Positions 17,350 through 24,502 of a stretch of DNA of 36,201 nt are shown piece after piece. Location of the stretch: assembly GCA_007571355.1 (NCBI GenBank), contig RKRO01000548.1:1-36201 (forward strand). The letters are read 5' to 3'. The translations under genes and the position numbers were made by a program. The stretch is from Candidatus Poribacteria bacterium (GTDB lineage: Bacteria > Poribacteria > WGA-4E > WGA-3G). How positions within the stretch are numbered: the stretch's first letter is position 1; the number at the start of each line of letters is the position of its first letter. The notes below the pieces were generated by a model. That model was not told the origin of the DNA, made no database searches, and worked only from the letters and a program-made list of their open reading frames with translations.

Positions 17350-17679
17350 TCAATCAGACTGCATTTCTTTGTTCACAACATCCTGAATCCAAGACAGTGC
17401 TGCCATGCTCGACGACCAGCCGATGGAGGTCACTGCAAGCAGTGCGACCTGTTGTAATTCCGCGGGTGTGATCCCTTCTCGGAGTGAACGCCGCGTATGG
17501 GAGTGCACCGCGCCTTCAGACTTTGCCCCGATCGCCAGTGCAAGTTTGACCAGTCGGACGGTTTTCGGTTCCATAGGACCGGCGTTACTGCATGCCTCGC
17601 CGAGTGCCTGATACGCTGTCCAGACTTCGGGGTATTCTTCAATCACATCTTGAAGAAAATCGGGTAGTTTGTCTTTCAT
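17350..17679 (-). CDS. Carboxymuconolactone decarboxylase (CMD / AhpD-like) family protein
   Basis: 109 aa. KLALAIGAKSEGAVHSHTRRSLREGITPAELQQVALLA matches the CMD-domain helix pattern. Confidence 0.7.
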   Translation of the reverse strand: MKDKLPDFLQDVIEEYPEVWTAYQALGEACSNAGPMEPKTVRLVKLALAIGAKSEGAVHSHTRRSLREGITPAELQQVALLAVTSIGWSSSMAALSWIQDVVNKEMQSD

Positions 17680-17691
17680 TATGATACTGCC

Positions 17692-17901
17692 TTATCCTGT
17701 TTTCTCTTTTGATGGTGATTCTGCGTCTTGTTGCGCTGTCGTTTCGGCTTCGTTTCCGGTTTCTTCATTGAGTCCGGCTTTAAAGTTTGTGATGCTTTTT
17801 CCGAGACCGCGTGCCAATTCAGGAATACGTTTTCCGCCGAATATGAGTAGCACAATAGCCAATATAATTGCTAATTCTAAAGGGCCCAGTCCTCCAAACA
17901 T
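17692..17901 (-). CDS. tatA: Twin-arginine translocase subunit TatA/E
   Basis: MFGGLGPLELAIILAIVLLIFGGKRIPELARGLGKSITNFKAG is the canonical TatA TM helix, hinge and amphipathic helix. GGGAGG lies 7 nt upstream. Confidence 0.9.
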   Translation of the reverse strand: MFGGLGPLELAIILAIVLLIFGGKRIPELARGLGKSITNFKAGLNEETGNEAETTAQQDAESPSKEKTG

Positions 17902-17969
17902 GTCTATGCCTCCCTACTTTAACGTCGTGATTTGTGCGCCGTAAAAGCGCGCGATAGATATTCGCGTAT

Positions 17970-17999
17970 ATTTTAGCACACTAAAAAAAATATGTCCAA
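17970..17999 (-). promoter_or_regulatory. Possible sigma-70-type promoter for the tatA operon
   Basis: On the minus strand: TTGGAC (17999-17994), an 18-nt spacer ending in TGC, then TAAAAT (17975-17970). This would give a 5' UTR of about 60 nt. Confidence 0.35.
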
Positions 18000-18029
18000 T
18001 GGTATTTGGTTTGGTACAGAATAATGTAA

Positions 18030-18058
18030 TTGACAGCAGGCTTCAGACATGCTATAAT
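18030..18058 (+). promoter_or_regulatory. Consensus sigma-70 promoter upstream of serA
   Basis: TTGACA (18030-18035), exactly 17 nt, then TATAAT (18053-18058) preceded by TGC (extended -10). It lies 52 nt upstream of the serA ATG. Confidence 0.75.
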
Positions 18059-18109
18059 TTAAAAATGTAAAGGGCGTTTTGGCACGATAATAGCGGAGGA
18101 GTTTGGATT

Positions 18110-19696
18110 ATGAATAAGGTGCTGGTCAGCGATTTGCTGTCGCAGCAAGGCTTAGATGTTCTGACAGAAAATGGCAATTTTGAGGTAGATGTCATCCTTG
18201 ATCTCTCACACAAAGCACTGTTGGACCGGATTGCTGACTATAATGCACTGCTGATCAGGAGTGCAACAAAGGTAACCGCCGATGTTATTGAGGCTGCGCA
18301 GCAGTTAAAAGTCATTGGGCGCGCTGGGGTCGGTGTGGATAACATTGACGTGCAGGCAGCAACGCGGAACGGTATCTTAGTTGTTAACACGCCAACGGGC
18401 AATACGATTGCCGCGGCGGAGCATACGATTGCGATGTTGTTGGCGTTGGCGCGCAATATAGTGCCCGCCGGTATTTCGCTCAGGAATCGAACATGGCATC
18501 GCAACGATTTCATCGGTGTTGAATTATACAGGAAGGTTTTCGGGACGATCGGGTTAGGACGGATCGGACGAGAGGTAGCGAGACGCGCACAGGCTTTTGA
18601 GATGCAGGTCATTGCTCACGACCCATACATCTCGGCGAGTGCGGCGGAAAAGATCGGCATCCGGCTTGTGGATCGGGAGACACTATTTCAGGAATCGGAT
18701 TATATCTCTATTCATACTCATCTCAACGCTGAGACCTATCACAGTATCGGAGCGTCTGAGTTTGCCCTGATGAAACCGAGCTGCCGCTTGATTAACTGTG
18801 CACGTGGTGGTATTATTGATGAGGCTGCGCTCTATGATGCATTGAAGGTTGGGGCACTCGCTGGTGCTGCATTGGATGTCTTTGAAGACGAGCCTGCGAC
18901 GGATACGCCGCTGCTGGATTTGGAAAACGTGCTTGCGCTTCCGCATCTCGGTGCCTCGACATCGGAAGCACAGGAACACGTCGCTATTGAAGTGGCCCAG
19001 CAGGTACGGAACGCGCTCCAGGGGCAACCGGTTGCGAATGCTGTCAATCAGCCCAAGATTGATCCGAGGACCCTTGATATTTTGGGACCCTATCTCGAAC
19101 TTGCCGAAAAGATCGGTGGTTTTCAGACGCAGATCGTTGAAGGCCAGATATCGGCGATTAAGATCCATTATAACGGAACGCTTTTTCTGAACGAGGATGT
19201 CACACCGGTAACTGTAGCGTTACAGAAAGGGCTTTTGGCACCCGTGCTCACAGATGTCAACTATGTCAATGCCCCTTTTTTGGTTAAACAGCGCGGGATT
19301 TCCGTTACGGAGACAAAGAGCGAATCGGAAGCGAATTATGCTAACTCTATCGCTATTAGCGTTACAACGGATAAGGGTGAGACAGTGATTGAAGGCACCG
19401 CCTTCGGTAAAAAAGACATCCGCATCGTCCGTATTGACCAACACCATATAAATGTGAGACCGACCGGGTATATCCTCCTCATCTATAACAGCGATCAGCC
19501 GGGAATGATCGGGTTAATGGGGACAATTTTGGGAGAACACAATATTAACATCGCGGATATGACTGTCGGGCGTTCGCATTTATGGGAACTCGCTGTGACG
19601 CTCATCAACGTGGATAGTCCTGTACCTCGACACGTTTTGCAAACGATCGCTTCACAAAAAAAGATTGACTTCGTTAAACAGGTTTTCCTTCCATAG
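18110..19696 (+). CDS. serA: D-3-phosphoglycerate dehydrogenase (long form with ASB and ACT domains)
   Basis: 528 aa. GIGRIGREVARRA (NAD Rossmann), NCARGGIIDE, PHLGASTSEAQ and a C-terminal ACT-like ILLIYNSDQPGMIGLMGTILGEHNINI. GGAGGAG is the SD. Confidence 0.92.
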   Translation: MNKVLVSDLLSQQGLDVLTENGNFEVDVILDLSHKALLDRIADYNALLIRSATKVTADVIEAAQQLKVIGRAGVGVDNIDVQAATRNGILVVNTPTGNTIAAAEHTIAMLLALARNIVPAGISLRNRTWHRNDFIGVELYRKVFGTIGLGRIGREVARRAQAFEMQVIAHDPYISASAAEKIGIRLVDRETLFQESDYISIHTHLNAETYHSIGASEFALMKPSCRLINCARGGIIDEAALYDALKVGALAGAALDVFEDEPATDTPLLDLENVLALPHLGASTSEAQEHVAIEVAQQVRNALQGQPVANAVNQPKIDPRTLDILGPYLELAEKIGGFQTQIVEGQISAIKIHYNGTLFLNEDVTPVTVALQKGLLAPVLTDVNYVNAPFLVKQRGISVTETKSESEANYANSIAISVTTDKGETVIEGTAFGKKDIRIVRIDQHHINVRPTGYILLIYNSDQPGMIGLMGTILGEHNINIADMTVGRSHLWELAVTLINVDSPVPRHVLQTIASQKKIDFVKQVFLP

Positions 19697-19731
19697 CAAC
19701 AAACGAGGTTTTTAATTGATGGACCTCTGGG

Positions 19732-19756
19732 CTGCGCGCCATTCCATGACGCGCAG
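19732..19756 (+). terminator. Weak candidate terminator hairpin after serA
   Basis: CTGCGCG-11 nt-CGCGCAG followed by ATTTCT. The loop is long and the T-tract is poor. Confidence 0.3.
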
Positions 19757-19809
19757 ATTTCTGGGAACTTGTGGTTTAATGGTAATTGTCAGCAAATTTC
19801 AGTATTAAC

Positions 19810-19883
19810 TGGACGTTTTTGATCTTCAGATGGAAACCTAAAAGGTTAGAGGTTGAAAGTGTATTTGCTTAGGTGTTTCTGTG
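19810..19883 (+). repeat. Dispersed intergenic repeat, copy A
   Basis: TGGACGTTTTTGATCTTCAGATGGA matches 29500-29524 at 24 of 25 positions. After an indel, GGTTGAAAGTGTATTTGCTTAGGTGTTTCTGT matches GATTGGAAGTGTTTTTGCTTGGGTGTTTCCGT (about 27/32). Confidence 0.65.
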
Positions 19884-19933
19884 GATTTCTTCAGGTATAC
19901 GTCCATTAACGTTATTTACCCAATTAGCCTAAC

Positions 19934-19971
19934 CGAACCGCAAGGAAAAATTAAAAACCCGAACCGCAAGG
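19934..19971 (+). promoter_or_regulatory. Two tandem copies of the CGAACCGCAAGG(R)A(W)A(R)TTAAAA leader motif just upstream of the 19985 gene
   Basis: CGAACCGCAAGGAAAAATTAAAA starts at 19934 and CGAACCGCAAGGGATAATTAAAA starts at 19960. The same string, CGAACCGCAAGGAAAGTTAAAA, directly precedes the Ldh_2 ATG on the minus strand (10017-9995). Confidence 0.5.
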
Positions 19972-19984
19972 GATAATTAAAAGA

Positions 19985-21391
19985 TTGGATGCTAAACAGA
20001 AATGTCTATTTATTAACGATGAGATTCCGAAGGCAAAGTTATTTGAGAGCGAGAAACGGGAAGTTCATCCCGCCTGTAACACGTCTTGGCGTATTTCACC
20101 GGAACCGTTCTGGGTTACCGAAGCAGAATTAAAATGGTTTGAAGAACTCGGTCCACACCTTCTCAGTTTCTATCGTGCGTGTAATTTACTCTATTCACAG
20201 AGCGTGCGCGGTATTCAACCTTCTTGGGTCGCTGAGTACTTGGAAATCGGGAAACCGGAAACGGTTGTCCAGTATGGGCGAATGAACCGTTTTAAGACGC
20301 AGCTCCCCGGTGTCCTACGTCCTGACATCTTACCGACGGCTAACGGCATGTCGATTACGGAGCTCGATTCGATTCCGGGGTTCATTGGCGCGACGGGTTG
20401 TCTGGCGCGGCTATATGCGCAACTCGGCTATGCAATTGTCGGTGGCGACGATGGGATGGTAAACGGATATGCCGATATGATTCGCGCACTGGCAAAGCAG
20501 GATGCCCCGACGCTTGCGATTGTTGTCTCAGACGAATCAGAGGACTATTGGACAGAGATGGTATGGCTTGCCGATGCACTTTGTGAAGTCGGTGTGACGG
20601 CTTTTACTGTTAAACCACACGACATTATTTTTACCGAAGATGGACTGCTTGTTAAGCAAGGAGACACTAAACTTCGTGTCGATGTGCTCTACCGTTTCTA
20701 TGAATTGTTTGATCTCCCGAATATCCCGAAATCAGAATTAATGTTTTATAGTGCGAAGAAACGCACTGTCGTGATGACCCCGCCCCCGAAATCTTACCTT
20801 GAAGAGAAGTTATGTCTCGCCTTGTTCCATCATCGAACACTTCAGCCGTTTTGGAAACGTCAGCTCGGTAAAAGGACGTACGCGTTCTTGCAGTCAGTGA
20901 TCCCAGAGACGTGGATTATGGACGCGCGTCCTCTTCCGCCGCACGCCGTTATCCCCGGCTTGGCGGTAGAAAGCGGTGCTGTAACGGACTGGCGGCAGCT
21001 CGGTACGCTGACACAAAAACAGCGGGAGTTAGTGATCAAACCGTCCGGTTTTTCTGAATTCGCGTGGGGTAGCCGCGGCGTAGCGATTGGACATGATCTG
21101 CCTACGGAAGAGTGGGAAGGCGTTATTGAAGACAGCCTTGCGAATTTTGGGAAGACACCACATGTCTTACAGCGGTTTCACACAGCGAGACGGGTCCGCA
21201 TGCAGTATTACGATTTTGACGCGGGTGATATGCAAGAGATGGCGTGTCGTCCGCTCCTCCGTCCGTACTATTTTGTTGTCGGCGACACGGTTAAGCTCGG
21301 TGGCATGCAAGCCGCCGTCTGTCCGGCTGACAAAAAGATTTTACACGGTATGGTGGATTCTATTATCGTGCCGTGTGCTCAGATGCAATGA
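19985..21391 (+). CDS. ATP-grasp-fold amidoligase-like protein (glutathionylspermidine-synthase-like arrangement); function unknown
   Basis: 468 aa with a TTG start; there is no in-frame ATG for about 100 codons. LRPDILPTANGMSITELDSIPGFIG resembles the R-x-D...E-x-N-x-x-P segment of GspS-like ATP-grasp enzymes. EEKLCLALF and ELVIKPSGFSEFAWGSRGVAIG resemble the later ATP-grasp strands. The assignment is tentative. Confidence 0.5.
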   Translation: MDAKQKCLFINDEIPKAKLFESEKREVHPACNTSWRISPEPFWVTEAELKWFEELGPHLLSFYRACNLLYSQSVRGIQPSWVAEYLEIGKPETVVQYGRMNRFKTQLPGVLRPDILPTANGMSITELDSIPGFIGATGCLARLYAQLGYAIVGGDDGMVNGYADMIRALAKQDAPTLAIVVSDESEDYWTEMVWLADALCEVGVTAFTVKPHDIIFTEDGLLVKQGDTKLRVDVLYRFYELFDLPNIPKSELMFYSAKKRTVVMTPPPKSYLEEKLCLALFHHRTLQPFWKRQLGKRTYAFLQSVIPETWIMDARPLPPHAVIPGLAVESGAVTDWRQLGTLTQKQRELVIKPSGFSEFAWGSRGVAIGHDLPTEEWEGVIEDSLANFGKTPHVLQRFHTARRVRMQYYDFDAGDMQEMACRPLLRPYYFVVGDTVKLGGMQAAVCPADKKILHGMVDSIIVPCAQMQ

Positions 21392-21413
21392 GGATAAGGA
21401 AGGTGATTCAATA

Positions 21414-22244
21414 ATGCAATTAAGTGATAAACAACTCGCTCATTTCCGAGACAAGGGGTACCTTGCTATCGAAGGGTTTTTTAGCTCTACTGAAGCGAAA
21501 GTCCTCCGACTTGAATTGGAACGGATTTACAATACTGAACTCGCGAACGGGACCGGTATCAATTGTGCGGTGCAAGCCGATGGCACCAAACGGGACAACG
21601 AGGGCGAGCGACAGAACCTTCAGGTGATTCCGTTGAACAATCGCAGCGACTTACACAAGGCGTTGCCGTTTCATCCGAAGGTTATCTCTGCTGTCGAACA
21701 ACTGATCGGTGATGCATTTATGTTAGAGTTGGATCAAGCGTTCTGGAAACCGCCGAAAGTCGGTATCGGCACGAGTTGGCATCAAGATAACGCCTATTTT
21801 AAGATTGCTGATCCGTTGCGAGGAACGGCGATGTGGATCGCTATCCACGATGCGAACGTTAAGAACGGGTGTATGCATGTCATTCCGGGTAGTCATCGGG
21901 AGGCTTATGAGCACTACCGCGACCCGTTGAGCGACCATCATATTCGGTGTGATCCGCCTGAAGAGCGTGCCGTGCCGATTGAATTAAAGGCAGGCGGTGT
22001 ACTTTTCTTTTGCTACGGTGTTGCGCATTGTACGAAGTCGAACCTCTCTGATAAGGAACGCGCCGGTGTAGCCCTTCACTTCTTGCATAACGACTTCGGT
22101 GGTCAGGAACTTTGGGAGCGGAATAATACGACTAAGCCGATGCTTCGTGGACCACTTGCGACAGGGGGCGAAATCGAGTTCGGCGAAAAATTTGAAGGCA
22201 GGTGGGAAGAACTCATGAACGATGTGCTTGCTTCCGATATTTAG
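21414..22244 (+). CDS. Phytanoyl-CoA dioxygenase (PhyH) family Fe(II)/2-oxoglutarate oxygenase
   Basis: FRDKGYLAIEGFF, TSWHQDNAYF (HxD), HVIPGSH and GVLFFCYGVAHCT. The ATG at 21414 has AAGGAAGG upstream. The longer ORF from 21087 overlaps the previous gene out of frame. Confidence 0.85.
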   Translation: MQLSDKQLAHFRDKGYLAIEGFFSSTEAKVLRLELERIYNTELANGTGINCAVQADGTKRDNEGERQNLQVIPLNNRSDLHKALPFHPKVISAVEQLIGDAFMLELDQAFWKPPKVGIGTSWHQDNAYFKIADPLRGTAMWIAIHDANVKNGCMHVIPGSHREAYEHYRDPLSDHHIRCDPPEERAVPIELKAGGVLFFCYGVAHCTKSNLSDKERAGVALHFLHNDFGGQELWERNNTTKPMLRGPLATGGEIEFGEKFEGRWEELMNDVLASDI

Positions 22245-22411
22245 AATTGAATATTGTATCCGACAGCACCCAAAATAGAACCCTTCAATTGTCAACATTA
22301 CGCTTGTAGGAGGGGTTTGTAACCCTGATCCTTGCGGATAACAGCGCGGATATGTTCGAATATGCTCAGAAAACCGATAATTGAATGGCTCTGTACCAAA
22401 AATAATAGTTG

Positions 22412-22440
22412 TTGATTTATCCGTCACTTTCTGCTAAAAT
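22412..22440 (+). promoter_or_regulatory. Possible promoter of LamG paralog 3
   Basis: TTGATT (22412-22417), 17 nt, then TAAAAT (22435-22440). It is followed by a 5' UTR hairpin TTTCTCGTGTT-ATATAGG-AACACAGAAA (22467-22494). Confidence 0.4.
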
Positions 22441-22515
22441 CTGAGTAATTGGATGGAACGTGTCAGTTTCTCGTGTTATATAGGAACACAGAAATTTCCA
22501 TAGGAGGGAAAATAG

Positions 22516-23304
22516 ATGAGACAGTTATTTAGTTATGCTGTGCTTATCGAGCTGCTTCTAATCACAACGGGGTATGCTACAGCGGATCTCGCTGAGGGAC
22601 TGGTTGTTTACTTCACTTTTGATAATGTCAAAGGTAAGACGATTGTTGATGATTCCGGCAATGGACTTGACGCGGATATCATTGCCAATACCGATATTGT
22701 GGATGGCAAGTATGGGAAAGCGATTCGGATTACAGCAGTGGGTGCTGATTGTGTCAATGTGCCAGCCTCCGATGATCTGAAAATCACGGGTGAAATCACA
22801 ATGGCGGCTTGGATCAATCAGGATTCTTGGGCGACGGATGCGCAGTGGTTCGACAAAAACTGCCACAACGGCGGTGAGCATTCGTCTTACGGCATCGGTG
22901 CCTTCAACAGCGGTAAAAATTTTAACATGTTCTTGGGCACAGGCAACAGTAGACCGACCCTGAGTCAACCGCATGCACTGGATACCCAAAAATGGCATCA
23001 CGTTGTTGGAACGTACGACGGTGACACCATGAAAGTCTATGTTGACGGTGAACTTGCAGCTGAGAAAGCCGAAAAGTTTGATTTCAAAGGAACCAACGAT
23101 CAGGATTTGCGGATCGGGTGTTCTAAGGATCGTCCGAATTACACCTTTGAGAATGGGTCCATTGACGAAGCTGCCGTTTGGCGGCGCGCGCTCAGCGAAG
23201 ATGAAATCACGAAAATAGCGAACGAGGGTTTCCTCTCGGTTTCACCGCTTGATAAAGCTGCAACGACTTGGGGCACTCTTAAACGGGAAATTGGAGTGTA
23301 TTAA
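22516..23304 (+). CDS. Secreted LamG domain protein, paralog 3
   Basis: Signal-like N-terminus. LVVYFTFDNVKGK...DDSGNGLDA...GKYGKAIRI, ITMAAWIN, WHHVVGTYDG..MKVYVDGEL and IDEAAVWRRALSEDEI. GGAGGG is the SD. Confidence 0.8.
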   Translation: MRQLFSYAVLIELLLITTGYATADLAEGLVVYFTFDNVKGKTIVDDSGNGLDADIIANTDIVDGKYGKAIRITAVGADCVNVPASDDLKITGEITMAAWINQDSWATDAQWFDKNCHNGGEHSSYGIGAFNSGKNFNMFLGTGNSRPTLSQPHALDTQKWHHVVGTYDGDTMKVYVDGELAAEKAEKFDFKGTNDQDLRIGCSKDRPNYTFENGSIDEAAVWRRALSEDEITKIANEGFLSVSPLDKAATTWGTLKREIGVY

Positions 23305-23331
23305 GGACTGTCCTATAGAAACGTTAAACGG

Positions 23332-23364
23332 CACAGGTGTTCGTTCGGCATCTGTGCTTTCTTA
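23332..23364 (+). terminator. Rho-independent terminator after LamG paralog 3
   Basis: GCACAGGTG-TTCGTTCGG-CATCTGTGC (9-bp stem including one G-U pair) followed by TTTCTT. Confidence 0.6.
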
Positions 23365-23379
23365 TATAAAGGAGAAAAC

Positions 23380-24459
23380 ATGACAAAAATTGGAATAGTT
23401 GGTATCGGTTTTATGGGGATGATTCACTACTACGCGATTCAACGTATTACGGGTGCCGAAGTCGTTGCCATTTGCACGCGAGATCCGAAGAAACGCGCTG
23501 GCGATTGGACAGGCATTCAAGGTAATTTTGGTCCTCGGGGCGGCATGGAGGATCTTTCAAATGTCCGAAAGTATAGCGAAATTGATGAATTCCTTGCCGA
23601 TGAAGAGGTAGAGCTGGTCGATATCTGTCTACCGACACATCTACACAAACCTGTCAGTATGGCATCTCTTAACGCGGGAAAACATACCCTCGTTGAAAAA
23701 CCGATTTCTATCTCAATTGACGATGCAAACGAACTCGTGGAGCTTGAGACGCGTATCGGTGAGACGCGTAAGGCAGCAGGTAAAGGGCCGTGTTATCTGA
23801 TGGTCGCCCACGTACTTCCATTCTTCGCGGAGTACGCTTATGCAAAACGGATCGTTGAATCTGGGGAATACGGTGAGATCCTCGGTGCACATTTTAAGCG
23901 GATTACCTCGAGACCGAGCCACGCTCGGGATCTCGCTTCACTTGATAAGAGCGGGGGGCCTGGCATCGATTTGCACATCCACGATACGCATTTCATTCAA
24001 CTCCTCTGTGGTGTTCCGGATGCAGTGTTCTCACAGGGCAAACTCGCTGGTGGGAACTATGTGGACTACCTGACGACGCAGTATATCTACAACGATAAAG
24101 AGATCGCTGTCAGTTGTTCTTCTGGCGGGGTCTCGCAACGCGGGCGCGCGTTCTCACATGGATTTGAAATCTTCCTTGAAAAAGCAACGCTGCTTTTTGA
24201 TTTTTCGACGTTAGCCGGTGAACCGTCTACGGCGGTACCGTTGACTCTTCTCAATGACCAGGGTGAGGTAGAGGAGGTAGATTTGGGAGATGTTGACCCG
24301 ATTGATGCCTTCGTGGGTGAACTTCAATACGCTGTTGAAGCGATTGATTGGGAAAGTGAACCGACGGCGTTATCTGGTATTGGCGCGCGGGATGCGCTGC
24401 TGCTCTGCTATAAAGAAGCGGAATCGGTTAGGACAGGTGAGGTTGTTCCAATTCATTAG
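23380..24459 (+). CDS. Gfo/Idh/MocA family NAD(P)-dependent oxidoreductase
   Basis: KIGIVGIGFMGMIHY (Rossmann), LVEKPISI (EKP motif) and the C-terminal alpha/beta dimerisation domain. AAGGAG is the SD. Confidence 0.85.
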   Translation: MTKIGIVGIGFMGMIHYYAIQRITGAEVVAICTRDPKKRAGDWTGIQGNFGPRGGMEDLSNVRKYSEIDEFLADEEVELVDICLPTHLHKPVSMASLNAGKHTLVEKPISISIDDANELVELETRIGETRKAAGKGPCYLMVAHVLPFFAEYAYAKRIVESGEYGEILGAHFKRITSRPSHARDLASLDKSGGPGIDLHIHDTHFIQLLCGVPDAVFSQGKLAGGNYVDYLTTQYIYNDKEIAVSCSSGGVSQRGRAFSHGFEIFLEKATLLFDFSTLAGEPSTAVPLTLLNDQGEVEEVDLGDVDPIDAFVGELQYAVEAIDWESEPTALSGIGARDALLLCYKEAESVRTGEVVPIH

Positions 24460-24502
24460 TTGAATAGTTTCCCCTCCCTATTCCTACTCTACTTCTTAGA
24501 AA

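Noticed and set aside
18683-19168. 161-aa ORF antisense to serA
   Set aside because: It is a shadow ORF inside serA, with an Arg-rich low-complexity translation.
21087-21413. N-terminal 109-codon extension of the PhyH ORF in the six-frame track
   Set aside because: It overlaps the 3' end of the ATP-grasp-like gene in another frame and has an Arg/Cys/Ser-rich composition typical of out-of-frame reading. The PhyH homology begins at the ATG at 21414, which has its own AAGGAAGG ribosome-binding site.
22349-22368. tRNA-like T-loop string GTTCGAAT in the PhyH-LamG spacer
   Set aside because: The flanking bases do not form a 5-bp T-stem, and no acceptor, D or anticodon arms can be drawn on either strand.
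21984-22427. 147-aa minus-strand ORF spanning the PhyH 3' end and the following spacer
   Set aside because: It overlaps the well-supported PhyH gene. It has no RBS and no motif, and the non-overlapping part is short.
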